From Hydrolagus colliei (lineage: Eukaryota), in contig CM068742.1 of NCBI GenBank assembly GCA_035084275.1, positions 113,708,001 through 113,772,000 of the forward strand: DNA of 64,000 nt. The letters run 5' to 3'. A model generated the notes under the pieces. That model was not told the DNA's origin. It searched no databases and was given only the letters and a program-made list of their open reading frames with translations. Positions 10,761 through 24,899 of the stretch are shown one piece after another (position 1 is the first letter of the stretch; every line of letters starts with the position of its first letter). Both the position numbers and the translations under genes were made by a program.

Positions 10761-11047
10761 GAGCTGGATCAAGGTTAGAGTAGAGACACGGTTTAGATTT
10801 ATTTTACTGATAATTTGTTAGCAAATGAAAAGCTTAGGGGCAATGTTTGACATGTTAGTTACAACAACAAGAAGCATTTATAGAGTGCCTTTCACGTGGG
10901 GAAGCGTCTTGGAACGTTTAACAGAGGCAGAGCCTGACACCCGAGTCAGGGATAGGGAGGAGGTGACCGTAAGCCTAGTCGAAGCGGAAGGTCTCTAGTT
11001 GTGATCTAAAAGAGGGGAAGGAGGGGGAGGGCAAGGCTTAACTTTGA

Positions 11048-11290
<243 letters not shown>

Positions 11291-11383
11291 TGAATTTTTA
11301 GCCCATTAGTAACAATGGTTGTGTTTGATACACAGTCCCCTGTTGTTTCGAAAGACCTCAAAGCACTTCAGAAATTCACTTCA

Positions 11384-12150
11384 CAAAGAGACCTTGAGAG
11401 ATTTCAGGAGATATGTTACAAGGCGTACTTGGCAATCCGGCAGCATGCCGATCTCTTCATTAACTTATTCTCCATGATGCTGGGCTCGGGAATGCCTGAG
11501 CTCCAATCTGTTGATGATATTGCCTACATACATAAAACATTGGCACTGGACAGAACTGAGCAGTAATCACTTGGTTATTTCATGAAGCAGATGAATGATG
11601 CTCATCATGGTGGCTGGACAACTTCCACGTAAATTATCAGTAAAAACAAAACCGATCAACAACAACAATGCTGGAATTCCAGATGGCTCAGCCCCATCAT
11701 TAAGTTAATGGTTTTAATTCAGCAATAATTTAGCATTCCTCGATGACACTTCTGACACATTTCTTGAATGTTGTCTCACAGTAAGTAAGAGTCAGTAAAT
11801 CTATGTGATGTCTGGTATCAAATAATGCAGTCGCAAACTGAAGTGCGATACCAGTTTGTGCAAACTGTTGACTTGCAAATCAGTATTTATTTCAATTATT
11901 AACCTAAATTTATATTTTTGCAAGCAATGCCTTTATATTGTCTAGCATTGGGTGCCTGTATTGTTTCCTTTATGGATCCTAAGCATGTGCAATCAAAAAT
12001 CTGAAGATAAATACAGTATTTTAAATACTCTGTATAGAAGGCACAATCTGGTCATTTTCCTCCTCCGTTCAACACAGTTTCTCCACAGTTATAATAATTA
12101 ATTTCAAAATAAACACGCTAATTTTGTAGCTTTGTATTCAATTTATTTGC
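11384..12150 (+). pseudogene. PIK3CA: PIK3CA (p110 alpha) processed pseudogene fragment: C-terminal coding part plus probable 3' UTR
   Basis: [78 protein letters not shown], with a stop at 11564-11566 and a deletion of KMDWI before TTCCAC (FH). Coding similarity spans about 11384-11628; the UTR extent is inferred. Confidence 0.9.
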
Positions 12151-12217
12151 CTGACATTGGAGAATGTTATTAAAATACAGTGATCTTAGAACAAGATCAT
12201 CGAGCTGAAAAAACTGT

Positions 12218-12533
12218 GGAGCTCCTGTAGCTCAGTGGTTAGAGCACTCGCCTTATAAACAAGCGACCTGGGTTCGTTTCGAGACAGGGCGAAATCTTGG
12301 GTAAGTTTCCTTACTCCACACGCCTGATAATAAACCTTCAAGAAAAAACAACAATAATAAGATGGTCAATTCAATTCCTGACAGTTTATGGGACACTGCT
12401 GTGTGCAATTGGCTGCCGCGTTTCGCCCACAAATATACAGTCAATTCACTTTAAAGTACATTCTGTGAAGCGCTTTGAGATGTCTAGAAGATGTGAAAAG
12501 GGCTGTATCAAATGCAAGGATTGTTTATTATTA
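12218..12533 (+). mobile_element. Full-length tRNA-derived Deu-type SINE
   Basis: A box TAGCTCAGTGG, B box GGTTCG, core gggacactgctgtgtgcaattggctgccgcgtttcgcccaca, LINE-like tail ending (TTA)n. Confidence 0.9.
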
Positions 12534-12801
12534 TAGATGATAATCCTTGGATTTGATATACTGCTTTATATAGCACCCTTCTCACAGCACAGTGTCGTAA
12601 CATCGATGGTGAAAGAGGTAGATTCTGAGACATGCTGTGAAGGAGTGGGGCAGGTGTTTGAGGGGAGGGAGGAAGGGGGTGTTGGAGGGCCTCTGGGATA
12701 AAATTTCAAAGAACAAGGACTTACATATTCTGCCCACACACGAAAATGTCGCTGCGTCTCACTCAGTCATGTAACTTGCAGTCTCTCCTCTCTCCTGTCA
12801 G

Positions 12802-12992
12802 GCGCTCTCTACGTCATTGTTGAATACGCATCAAAAGGCAACCTGCGGGAGTACCTGAAGGCACGGAGGCCACCCGGCATGGACTACTCCTTCCACATCT
12901 GCAAGATCCCAGACGAGCAGCTGACCTTCAAGGTCCTGGTGTCCTGTGCCTACCAGGTCTCTCGGGGCATGGAGTACCTGGCCTCGCAAAAG
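12802..12992 (+). CDS. FGFR3: FGFR3 kinase hinge and insert exon (191 bp)
   Basis: tgtcag|GCGCTC...CAAAAG|gtcagc; [64 protein letters not shown]. Confidence 0.95.
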
Positions 12993-13419
12993 GTCAGCCC
13001 ACGTTCAACAGACGAGCATCTCCTCCAACTGTCCACCAGCCCAGCACTGAGATTTATACTCACACGAGCCACCTCATTCAATGCCGCTCTCCTGATCACT
13101 TTTACTCTCTCTCTCCCCCACACAACAACCCCCACCTCCCTGCCACACATACACACACTTGCTTTAATAATCCTCCTCTTCCAGGCTCTGTGGAGACTGT
13201 GGAAACTTAGGAATAGGCTTTTCAGTCCTTCAAGTCTGTTCCACCCTTTTATTAGATCACAGCTGACATGTACAAAGTCCCCAGGGTGACCTTGTTCCTG
13301 GGTTGACAGTGGTTCCTTGGGACAGATCTAGAGTGAATGGTGGAGGAGTTGCTGTTTGCCATCATAGACTGTTAACAAATATCACATCATAGCCAAACCC
13401 ACTGCCCCCTCTCCTCCTC

Positions 13420-13685
13420 TTCCCCCCCAAACCACCATGCCAACCCACTATACCCAACCCACCACGCCAACCCATCATGCCAACCCACCACCCAAACCCA
13501 CCACCCAAACCCATCACCCCAACCCACCACTCCAACCCCCAACCCACCATCCCAACCCACTACCCAAACCCACCACCCAAACCCATCACCCCAACCCACC
13601 ACTCCAACCCCCAACCCACCATGCCAACCCACCACCACAACCCACCACGCCAACCCACCATCCCAACCCACCATCCCAACCCAGC
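13420..13685. repeat. C/A-rich minisatellite (about 13-nt CCAACCCACCA units)
   Basis: Tandem CCAACCCACCAC / CCAAACCCATCA units, with a block of about 60 nt repeated at about 13490 and 13562. Confidence 0.85.
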
Positions 13686-13718
13686 CCTATACACGGAATA
13701 AAACAACATGTTTGATAA

Positions 13719-14033
<315 letters not shown>

Positions 14034-14374
14034 TAATTTGGGAGGATTTTGAAGGCTGAAAAGTGGTGCAAGCAGTGAATAGCCAATGGTTCCCAGGATA
14101 GATTTTGCAGAAAATCACAGATGGCTTTTAGCAAGGCAAGGTCATTCCGCCCATCATTCTATCTCCAGGCTCTCTATAAGCTGTTTGTATAGCCCCCCCC
14201 CCCCACCTTCTCAACTGTTCCTTGCATCCCCTACCTCCCAACACATTACCTACAAAATCCCCTAAGCTACACTTCCTAGTGAAATCCTGTGAAAGCTTTG
14301 AAAAGTTTTGACGACGTAATAAGAGGGACTGCATCAAATGTGAAAGGGTTATTCAGTATTAGTTTATACTTATG

Positions 14375-14807
<433 letters not shown>

Positions 14808-15569
14808 TAAGTACCGCCGAGAGGAATGAGACAACACAATTTACAGGGTGTTTCAAAGTCCTGTTACAAAGCAGTGATATGAGACTACGGCGCAGCTGAA
14901 ACAAGCGTCAGATCTACATTTCTCCTCGTTACTCCCATCATGTTTTGGAAGATGTCACACTGAACATGGTGATGGATCATTATCTGCTAAGAAACGCATG
15001 GCGCTCAAACATACCGATCCTCTTTGAGGATCTAAATACAGTTAATCACTTGTACTGAATACTGTTAAGTACTTCTGAACACAATGTTAATTATCATTCT
15101 TCCACACGGCTTCAGTTGATTGTCAGTGACTGCGGAGAGATAATCTGGGGGCACAGAACTTTGTGAACACCCAGTATATTTACAAGTAGCTTTCATGATG
15201 GGTGGGAAGAAGAGCGACAGACATCTTAAAAGTGGATAACATGCACTGCTGGCAGGGGACACAAACTGGGGGTTGAAACCAACAACTCCCATTTGTAAAA
15301 TGGTGGGAGGAGGGTGAGGCGGTGGAACCCACAAGGAGAGTGGTTTGTCGATAACAACTTTTAAAAGAGTTCAAAATACCAGAGTGGGGCTTGAACCCAC
15401 AATCTTCTCACCAATTATTGAGAAATCTGGCTGGTTTTCATATGAATTAGTTTGAGTCAGAAAAGTGTTTGTTAAACTAGTGATTCAATACACTTGGACT
15501 AGTTCTCATTCTTGTGAAATTTAAGATATTAAATCTACGTCTTTGCTCTCTTTAAAAGAGACAGATGTT

Positions 15570-15710
15570 TATTTGGGGAGGACGGGTTTGTGGGTTATGG
15601 GGAGAGAGAGAGCCGGGGAGTGGGATTGACTTTGAATGGCTCTTTTCAAAGAGCCGGCACAGACACGATGGGCTGAATGGCCTCCTTTTGTGCTGTAAAA
15701 TTCTATGATG
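15570..15710 (+). mobile_element. CR1-type LINE 3' tail
   Basis: gagccggcacagacacgatgggctgaatggcctccttttgtgctgtaaaattctatgat is a shark CR1-like 3' end; similar pieces at about 30960-31180 (-), 44290-44420 (+) and 44510-44780 (-). Confidence 0.65.
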
Positions 15711-15761
15711 TCTCGCACGCCACCACGCAAGGGGAGGAAAGGGCGGAGAGAATAATTTTAA

Positions 15762-15938
<177 letters not shown>

Positions 15939-15949
15939 TGAGTGATTCC

Positions 15950-16030
15950 CTTTCCCTCCCTCCCTCCCTCCCTCCCTCTCCCTCCCTCTCCCTCCCTCCC
16001 TTTCCCTCCCTCCCTCCCTCCCTCCCTCCC
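15950..16030. repeat. (CCCT)n microsatellite
   Basis: Direct inspection; a similar short tract lies at 482-512. Confidence 0.9.
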
Positions 16031-16269
16031 ATCTTCTGCATCACTTCTGTCTCCCTCAGTCTCGGAGTTCTCTCCCACTGGTGTCTCGCAGGTTTTGTTT
16101 CCAATTAAAATCTTTCCAATCACTGGGCCCCAAACCCCAAAATCCAGGTAAACTGGGTATTGAACTTGGCATTGTGTTTGTGAGTAGGTCCAGCACATTG
16201 CAGCCATCTGGGTGAGTGTTGTGAGTGTTGTGCTGGTGTTTAACACTGTGTTCTGTGCCTCACTCCCAG

Positions 16270-16375
16270 GTACATGATCATGAGGGAATGCTGGCACGCT
16301 ATCCCATCCCAGAGGCCCACCTTCAAGCAGCTGGTGGAGGATCTGGACAGGGTTCTCACAGTAGCATCGACCGAG
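16270..16375 (+). CDS. FGFR3: FGFR3 final kinase exon (106 bp)
   Basis: tcccag|GTACAT...ACCGAG|gtaagg; [35 protein letters not shown]. Confidence 0.96.
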
Positions 16376-16816
16376 GTAAGGCGCATCCTGACACCTCCCT
16401 CCCTTTCTAACTCCCTTTCTGCCACTACCTGCTACTACCTGCTGCCTCCGCTCGGCTTGCTCTGGCGGCCTGTGCTTTCAGCCACTACCCCCGAAAGTTT
16501 TATATCACAACTAAATACCTTCCTCTTCAGCCATGCTTTTATGCCTTTATCCTCCCTCTTCCCACCTAGGGAGGAAGTAAGGAGGTGATTTGTATGAGTA
16601 ATGCAAGTAAATCTTAAGTGGTTTTGATAGAAAGCTGAATGGGGGTGAACGCACGACTTAGGCGATTAAACGATTTATAAAGATAAAACCTCCGCTGTAA
16701 ACCCTGAGACGCGCTTTGAGGCATCTTGACTACATGCAAAAGCACTATAATTAAACATGAGGATTATCAGGATGACTTTTTTTTAACCCTTTCTGTTTTG
16801 TGCCAACGCTTTTCAG

Positions 16817-16984
16817 GAATACCTCGACCTGTCTGCGCCCTTCGAGCAGTATTCGCCCGCCTGCCAGGATTCCCACAGCACTTACTCCTCGGGAGAAGAC
16901 TTAGTCTTTGCTCACGATCGTTTGCCCGAGCAGCCTTGCCTTCCCAAACACCAGCAGCAGTGCAATGGTGTCATCAGGACATGA
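16817..16984 (+). CDS. FGFR3: FGFR3 last coding exon (C-terminal tail to TGA)
   Basis: tttcag|GAATAC...; [55 protein letters not shown], including the PLC-gamma-docking YLDL. Confidence 0.94.
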   Translation, partial: EYLDLSAPFEQYSPACQDSHSTYSSGEDLVFAHDRLPEQPCLPKHQQQCNGVIRT

Positions 16985-19580
16985 AACTGTGCAGATCAAC
17001 CGGGCTGACAATATTACACTGAACCATGGACAGATCATAACAGAGAAAACAGGACACGAGCGAAACAGTCAATATGTCCTGTTTTATTTTCCCCATATGT
17101 ATTTGAGCCTTGCATCTTTTAAGTACTGTATCTATATTATATATATGTTATATATATAATATATTCATATATGGGAGGATTATTTGATGGGGAGGGAGAA
17201 AAGAAACTTTTAAAAACAAAATAATAGTAATTCTTGAACGAATAGCGAGAAGCTGAAATCAAACTTGTTGCAAAAAAACCAAGAGGCGATGATTTATTGA
17301 CCTCAGGCATTGTGACTCCCTGCAAACTACCAATCTGTGCCTGAGACCAGAACGCAAGCTTTAGGGCAACAGGAAGACTGAAACAAAGCATTATTTTTCT
17401 TTACGTATATAAAAGAGAGAGAGACAGAGCGTTTAAATAGTTTTTATTTGCGTGAAACTGCAGATTTTCAGGACATTGTGTAAATATATAAATACGGATA
17501 TGTATGATAATGTTTTTTTAAAAAAAGGTTGTATACTTACAGGTTTGGTTGTTTGAGGAGAGTGGGAGGAGGGGGCGAAAGGGAAGGACGAGCGGGTGGT
17601 GGGGCGGGGGGAGAAGAGAAAAAAATTCACTGATGCTTATAACTACAAGGGGAGAGGATATGATTCCTGCAGTCAACACAGTCTAGGGCATTTAGTATTA
17701 ATCATTTAAAGAAACTCATTCCAACAAGGGATAAATTACTTACAAAAACAATTATTTGGAATCTGATTAGAAAATTGTATATTTGTAAAGTTGTTTATAG
17801 ACATTTAACATATCTTTTGGGGTTAAGAGATTTATAAGAATACAGCTTACTTACCCGGTCACTGTACACACCTTTAGTAACGTAACCTAGGTTCTGGATT
17901 TTTTCTCGTGTTTATTAATTTTTAATTTATTACCCGTAAAAATTGACTAGAGGCGCCGTAGAGCCAGATTTTACCAAGATGCAAGGATTAGCATCGAGTT
18001 TTGAAACACCCATCGGTGTGATCAGAACGCGTGAGATTTTATTTTATGTCAGATTGCAAAGATTTTTTTTGCTGCTTTAGAATCTCGATTCCGTAACTCT
18101 TTCGTTTCTCTTCAATATAACAAGCGATGGTTTTGCTTTTTTGGCCGGCTTGTGTTTTCTTTTCACAAGAAAAAAACCACGGGGCGAAGTGGGCACGGAG
18201 GATGAGTGTGCACGAGTGCATGAGTGTGTGGCCTAACTGCCTCATATTCCACTTCATCCCTTCCCAACCCTCTCTCTCCTTCCTCTCCTTCCCTCTATCA
18301 ACTGGCCTTCTTTTCTTTCCCTCTTCTCCGCCGTCCTCCCCCTCGCACACAGACAAACTTTGCTCCCCGTTAGCCCTGCTAAAGCATATGCAGAAATCAG
18401 AATAGTTACTTGGTCCTTCTCTCCTTGACTGTTTATGGGACGTCGCTGTGAGTAATTGGCTGCCGACAAAACCCACAAAATATGCAGTCAAATCCACTTT
18501 ACAGTATATTCTGTGAAGAGCGTTGAGACATTGCGATGACATGATAAGGAGCTACATCAAATACAATGATGATTATTATGGCGGAATCCGTCGCTCCTTC
18601 CCACCATTAACCTGAGAGGTAATGATGCCAGATGTCCTCGTCAAACCTTCCTCCACCCCAAAAACAATCTTGCAGTCTCCGCCCATCATAGAGGAAGTGT
18701 CGTCATGATTCTATGACCAGATTTTTTAGGGGGCGGTGAGAGGGAAGGAGTCATTCACTGTTTTATGGAGATTATACAATAAGTAACCAAATCCCCTCCC
18801 ATGTCCCCCCAGCTGTGGGGGCTCCTACCTCTTTGTGCAATGTTTGCAGAGATTAAATCCCTGTTTGTTTGAGTTCGGGATTTATCTTTCTTTGAAACGT
18901 TTCTCTTTGTTGTCGAAAAGACGAAGAAATGACAAGTTGCGTTGCGGCGGGACGTGAAACAAATGATTTTTAAGTAGGATTCCAACAATAGATGACATTT
19001 ATGTAGTGTCTTTCAAGTCAGAAGGACGTCCCAAGGCGTAGCACAATTAAGGGTTTGCACCTGAGTTGGGGGGTTGGATTCAACAAAGGTGGAGGTTAGA
19101 AGAGATTCCACAGTTACTGTAGAAGTAGGAATCCCCAAATCCTGCTAAAATCAGTAACTCATCCTGTTTTCCACACCTAATTCGAGCTGCAAAGCTGTTT
19201 TCCTCTTTCGAAAGGTTCATTCGAAAGCTGAAGGTTTAACTCTCTCTCTGTGACCCAGAAATAGGAGTTCTATAGAGCTGTGTAATTTTTTTTGTAAAAT
19301 TGCAAAGAAAAAAGTCAGTATTTTCTTACGCTGTGGAAAGTGTACATTCCAGGGTATCTAATGAATAAAACCAGCCTTTTCCAATATTGAAATTTGTGCA
19401 TGAGTTACGCAAAAGAACTTAGATTATATATCTAATTTATTGAGGTTTTTTAAAAAAATCAAAGTGTATTGTAGCTCTGACCGAACTTTTAACAAATGAT
19501 ATCCGAATGTTCTTGGGGAGAGATTTGATATTATAAAAGCATTTTATTTGCAATAATAATAAAAGGTGTTCGTCTGATTT
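16985..19580 (+). other. FGFR3: Putative FGFR3 3' UTR (contains a SINE remnant at about 18420-18580 and an L2 tail at about 18985-19045)
   Basis: AU-rich sequence after the stop codon, with AATAAA at 19364 and 19558; the block tatatctaatttattgaggttttt (about 19426-19450) resembles the mammalian FGFR3 UTR as I recall it. Confidence 0.6.
19558..19563 (+). terminator. Candidate polyadenylation signal (alternative at 19364-19369)
   Basis: AATAAA followed by GT/T-rich sequence (tcttctgtggttt). Confidence 0.5.
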
Positions 19581-21929
19581 ATCTTCTGTGGTTTAGAGTG
19601 AAAGACACGTCACCTGACACATTCCAGGCTGGGCAATAATAGCAGAAATCAACTCCCAAAAGAAAGCAAAAATTCTAATTCACATATAAAAAAACACCTC
19701 TTTCCTCTATTTAAATGACAGAAGTTTGTAAAAGGTTCACAGATGGGTCTTGTTGGAGTTGAGAAACCAGCACTGATCGGAACCTTTGTGACACTTTGTT
19801 ATTAACATGGAACTATTCCATTCCACAACAATAAAAAGATATTGTTTTAAATCATGTGTTCCTTGTGTTCTTGTCTAAAAAAAAGTTATGTACGGCACTC
19901 GGATCTGCCTATGATGAGACTTTGAGCTTGCGCTCCAGTGCAGTGCGGACGGAGGTGGGAATGCATTGTTGGAGGTGTGTCCTGTGTGTAAGACATGAAA
20001 CCCAGGTCCGATCTCCTTGTTTGGATGGATGTTAAAGATCCCGTGGCGCCATTCGAAAAGAGAAGGGAGTTTCCCCGGCGTTCAGCCTCACAATCCTCAA
20101 GATAAGTTTGGTCTTTCACTTCATGCCTGTTTGTGAAAGATTACTGTGTGCAAATTGGCTGCTATTTCTGCCTGCCAACTCACAAATAATCCTTGCATGT
20201 GGTATTTTGGTATAGTGCTTTTGACATCGGAAGGATGTCTGAAAGCATTTCACAAGCTATACCCTAAAGTGCAATGATTGCATGTTTTCTAGGCAAATAA
20301 ATTGCAAGTTAGGATTCACTTTACATAAACCCTGCAAAGCCCTTTGCAAAATCCTATTGACATGAAAGGCGCTACATCAAATGTAAGGATTTACTATTAT
20401 TGTTACTGTACTGGAGTGTCAGCCTAAATTACGAGTCCAAGTCCCAACAAGAGGTTTGAATGCACAACCTTCTGACCCCGAGGTGAGAGTGATACCAGGC
20501 TGACACAGCAGCAAGTACGGCTTCCAATTACAGCTCAGGCCCTTACATGAGCCGACAGAATGTTCATAGTTTCCCTGAAGCCTTGTCAAGTGAATCCTTT
20601 CAATCACGTCTAGAAGCAGAGCAGCTTGCCCTTGCTTCAATGAGTCGCCATCTCCCCAGCTACTATTGTGACAAGCGAGGATTGAATGCATCCTAAATTC
20701 TGTTTGTCAGTCCACTGCCACAGTAAGGCACTTTGTTCTGAACCAGCTTGCATTCCGATGTAAAATTTTCCACCCCTTATAATCGGGAGCAACTGAATTT
20801 CACGAATAGACTTGCTTGGTGCAAAGGTACAGCAGGCTTGAGGTCACGTTACCCAGTTTTATAATAAATATCCTTGCATTTGATACAGCGTTAAATGTTA
20901 GTGTTAAATCTTCTACAGAAAATCTAATATATTCTGGGAAGCACTTTGAGACTTCTGCATCACATGATGAGGCACAATATGAAATGCGAGGTTGATTATT
21001 ATTATTATTAAATAGCATGTTGCCTTTCTCTCTGGATGCTATGTTGGGTTGTTCACCTTTTCACGTTCTGCCCTGGCAGCCAAGTTGCACACAACAGCAT
21101 CCCACAAACAGCCATGAAGTAAATGAGCTGCAGCGTTGTGAATGAACATTTTCATCAGCGCCTTGGGACGTCCTCCCGATGTGAAAGGCGCTGCACAAAT
21201 ATAATTTGCTGTTGGCCAGGACAGAGGGAGAGACTCCCTGATCTTCAAGGTCAGTTTGTGGTGATTGTTGAGCAGGACCAGAAGAATACTTTTCTGTTTT
21301 GTTTCAATAGTGCCATGGGATCGTTTAACATCTCCACCTGAACAAGGAGCTTCTAGCATCTCATTCAAAGGATGGAAATGCTATTAGCAAGCTTTTACAA
21401 TACAATACAAAACCAATACAACTCATGCAGCACCTTTCACACCGGCAGGCCGTCTCAAAGTGCTTGACATTTCTGGCTGGGTATGCTTTCAGAGAGGTAT
21501 GCTTTCAGACAGTGTATGTTATTCCTCTGTCGTTAAAGGAAGCAAGTGACTTCATTTGCAGAGATTTTCAAGCTAGCCTCTGTATACTATCTTCTTAGTT
21601 CACCTAATTTTACTTTCAGACTCCAGCTGCCTGTGGGATACGGTCTCTGTGGTCAGGCTGGTTTCCAAGGCTGGCCTGGCTCCTGTCTTAGGAATGTTCT
21701 GACCTCCACATCCTGCCTCCAAATCTGACTTCCTTACAGGGTTCCTGGGCTGGGTCAGGTAATGAAAAGCTTCTTGCTTCGGATGGCAATGGAGTTTCTT
21801 TTCAAGTTTATTTTATTGCAAAAACAAGCTGCCAAGTAATGTGAAGTGTACTTTGGTGCTAGCAAAGGTAAATAGGAAGATGTAAATAGATAAATAAGCG
21901 CTCCGCGACACTTTTTTAGATATCCCGAG

Positions 21930-22275
21930 CAACAACAAAACAACAACAAAATTACATTTATAGAGCTCCATTCACATCGGGAGGATGTCCCAAGGCGCTT
22001 GAACAGTCAGGTCGGGACCCAAGCAAGGGGGAGCGGCAGGGTAGACGGGAGGGGAGGGAGAGAGTTAGGAGGGCGGCAGAAGGCACAATAGAAGAGGGTG
22101 TTAAGACCGGCCTTGAAGGAGGCAAGGGAGGAAGCGAGGCGAAGGGACTGTGGGATGAAGTTCCAGAGTGTGGGGGCAAAGAGGCTGAAAGCCTGTCCAC
22201 CGATGATAGGGCAGGTTGGGCGGGGGACATGGAGCAGACTGGAGCCCGCTGAATGGAGGGGGCAGGTAGGTTCAT
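21930..22275 (-). mobile_element. L2-clade LINE 3' end
   Basis: (CAA)n tail, ttcacatcgggaggatgtcccaaggcgct 3' motif and an LWNFIP-like ORF2 end on the minus strand. Confidence 0.8.
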
Positions 22276-22680
22276 AGTGCTAAGACACTGTATCAAAGAT
22301 AATTTACATCCATTGCAGATGTAAAGTGGAGATTTCAGGTGTCATAGTTTGGTGGCAAATCTGTGACAATTTAGTGCAAATGACCCATCTCTTATTTACA
22401 CAATACAAATCCATAATTTCACAAATTTACTATAAAGTCTAGTGACTGCATTTATTTTCTAGCACAGCAGCTAAAACACACACAGAGCAATGGCTCACAA
22501 ACAGCCAGGAATTGAAATATTATTTTTATTTAGAGGAACTGTTGGCCAAGACACCAGGAGAAACTCGCTACTCTTTTCAAATAGTACCATAGGAACAGGC
22601 AAATGGAACCTGATTCCACCTCATTCAATGGAGACGGCATCTCCAACAATGCAGCTCTACCCCACAGTGCACTGGCATGT

Positions 22681-22982
22681 TAATAATAATAATAATCCTT
22701 GCATTTGATATAGCGCATCTTTTTGTAGATGTCTCAAAGCGCTTCACGGAATATACTGTAAAGTGAATTGATTGTATATTTGTGGGCGAAACGTGGCTGC
22801 AAATTGCCCACAGCAGTGTCCCACAAACAGTCGTGGATTGGAATGATCAATTTATTATGGTTTTATTTTGAGGGATTATTAATAGGGTTGTGGAGTAGGG
22901 AAACTTGCCCAAGGTTCTGCTCTGCCTGGAATTGAACCCAGATCTCTCGCTTGTAAGGCGAGTGTTCTAACTGCTGAGCTAC
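22681..22982 (-). mobile_element. tRNA-derived Deu-type SINE
   Basis: Near full-length reverse copy of the SINE family. Confidence 0.88.
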
Positions 22983-23040
22983 CACCATTCACTGTTAAAT
23001 CTCCAATGTGAATAGTGGCACTTGGGTTGTAGATGTTAAA

Positions 23041-24350
23041 AAGTAGGGGCCAAGGACAGAGCCCTGGGAGACGCCATAGGTGACAGTGCGGGGGCTGCGA
23101 GAGAAGCCATTGGTGTCAACAAAATGGAAACAATGAAAAAGGTAAGAGTCGAACCAGGTGAGGGCAGTTCCGCAGAGATTGAGCTGGGAGGAGAGGCAGT
23201 GTAGGAGGGTGGAGTGGTCAACAGTGTCGAAGGCAGCAGAGAGGTCGAGACGGACAAGGAAGCAGAGAAAGCCCTGATTGTAGCTGTTTAGAATATTGTT
23301 GGAGATTTTGACCCGGGCTGTCTCCATACTATGGGCAGCATGGAAGCCAGATTGCAAGGGTTTGAGGAGGAAATGGAGAGAGAGAAAGGAGCAAAGCTGA
23401 GAAGCAACGACTCGTTCTAGGGGCCTTGGAGAAAAATGGGAGGTTGAAGATGGGGGCGGTAGCTGGAAAGTATGGGTCCAGTGAAGGTTTTTTCAAGATA
23501 GGGATGATGACAGCTGTTTTTAGTGGGGTGAGAACTGTGCCGGTGGATAGGGAGAGGTTGATAATGTCAGTTAGGAGGAAGGGTTGGGAGATGAGGAGAG
23601 AGGTAGAGATGGGGTTAAGGGAGTAGGTGGTGGGTTTAATTTTTCAGATGAGAGCAGAGAGGGCGGTGGGAGAGATACGGTCAAAGGTGTGTAGTGGGGG
23701 TGTGTGAGGGGGAGAGGTAATGCGGAGGTAGTGGTGGACGGAATAGAAGTGGCTGAACAGATTCCCTAGATTTTTGATTCGAGGAAGTCCAGCATCTTCT
23801 TGAAGTTGGAGTATAGAATAGGTGGGGCATGGGAGGGTGGACGGATGAGACGGTTAGTGGTGGAGAAGAGGAGCCTGGGTTTGTCCTTGGCCTCCAAGAT
23901 TAATTTGGAGCAGTAGGAGGAGTTGGTGGAGGCAAAGGCAGAGTGGTAGGCCTTAGTGTGATCCAGCTAAATCTGTCGATGGACCGTCAGTTTGGATTTG
24001 GTCCAGGTGCGTTCGGCAGCTCTTACTTCCGCCTTAACGGTTTGGAGATGGCTGGTATACCGGGGGAATTATGGGCGTAAGAGGCGGTTCAGGAGATGAG
24101 GAGGGCAAGGGAGTCAAGGATGGAGGAGAGGGATTTGTGGAGAAACAACAGTGAGGAAGGTGGTGAGGGCCAGAGGAATAGGAGTTCAGACGACTCAAGG
24201 GCAGCACAGAGTGAGAGGGGGGAGATTTTTTTTCCATGGGCTGTAAGTGATGGTAGAGGATTGAGTAGGGGAAAGGGGTATGGAGGTATTGAGGGAGATG
24301 AAGTGGTGGTCCAAGATGGCTTTGTCGGTGATGGTGATGTCCGACAAGGA
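23041..24350 (-). mobile_element. L2-clade LINE ORF2 fragment (reverse transcriptase N-terminal half and upstream region)
   Basis: QSGFHAAHSMETA..LDLSAAFDTVDHSTLL..GVSQGSVLGP motifs. Confidence 0.9.
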
Positions 24351-24899
24351 GGAAATAGCAAAATACTCACAAGCAAATCTTTGCCACATATGAATGTTTG
24401 CAGTACTGATACTCATTATTACACTATGATGCACTCACATAGGATTTTTGAACAATAAGCAATTTTGATCACGGTCTATTAAATGCTTGACTGAAGGAGG
24501 CTTCAATAAGCATGACCCAGATGGAATCTGCGCTCCATCGAAGTGCTTTGATAAATTGCCTGCACAAGACAAGCTGCCTCCACATGTAAACAGTCTGAAA
24601 TGCAGAACCCAGGGGGTAAAATGTGCCTAAACAAAAGGTTAAAGTGCAGCACACTGGGCTACGTCCCAAAGCTGACTTTACAATGCTTGTTTATTTGGTG
24701 ATTTTTATTTTTAAAATATCAACCCACGGGGAAAAAATAACTTGGACCACATGTTATGGTCCAAGGGGGGCCAACGATTGTTTGTGCTGCAGAAAAATTA
24801 TATTTCAAAACTTTGGATGATGCATTCGCTAATTTTTCGAAAGTGTGATCCAACTCGTTACAAAACACTGGGCATTTTCCATCCACTCCTAAATACCGA

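Noticed and set aside
12218-12295. tRNA-like sequences (also at 33079, 35577, 45323 and others)
   Set aside because: They are SINE heads continuous with the SINE core and tail, not stand-alone tRNA genes
13362-13715. W/G-rich and P/H/T-rich ORFs; repeat array superficially like CRISPR
   Set aside because: Simple tandem minisatellite without unique spacers, in a eukaryotic intron
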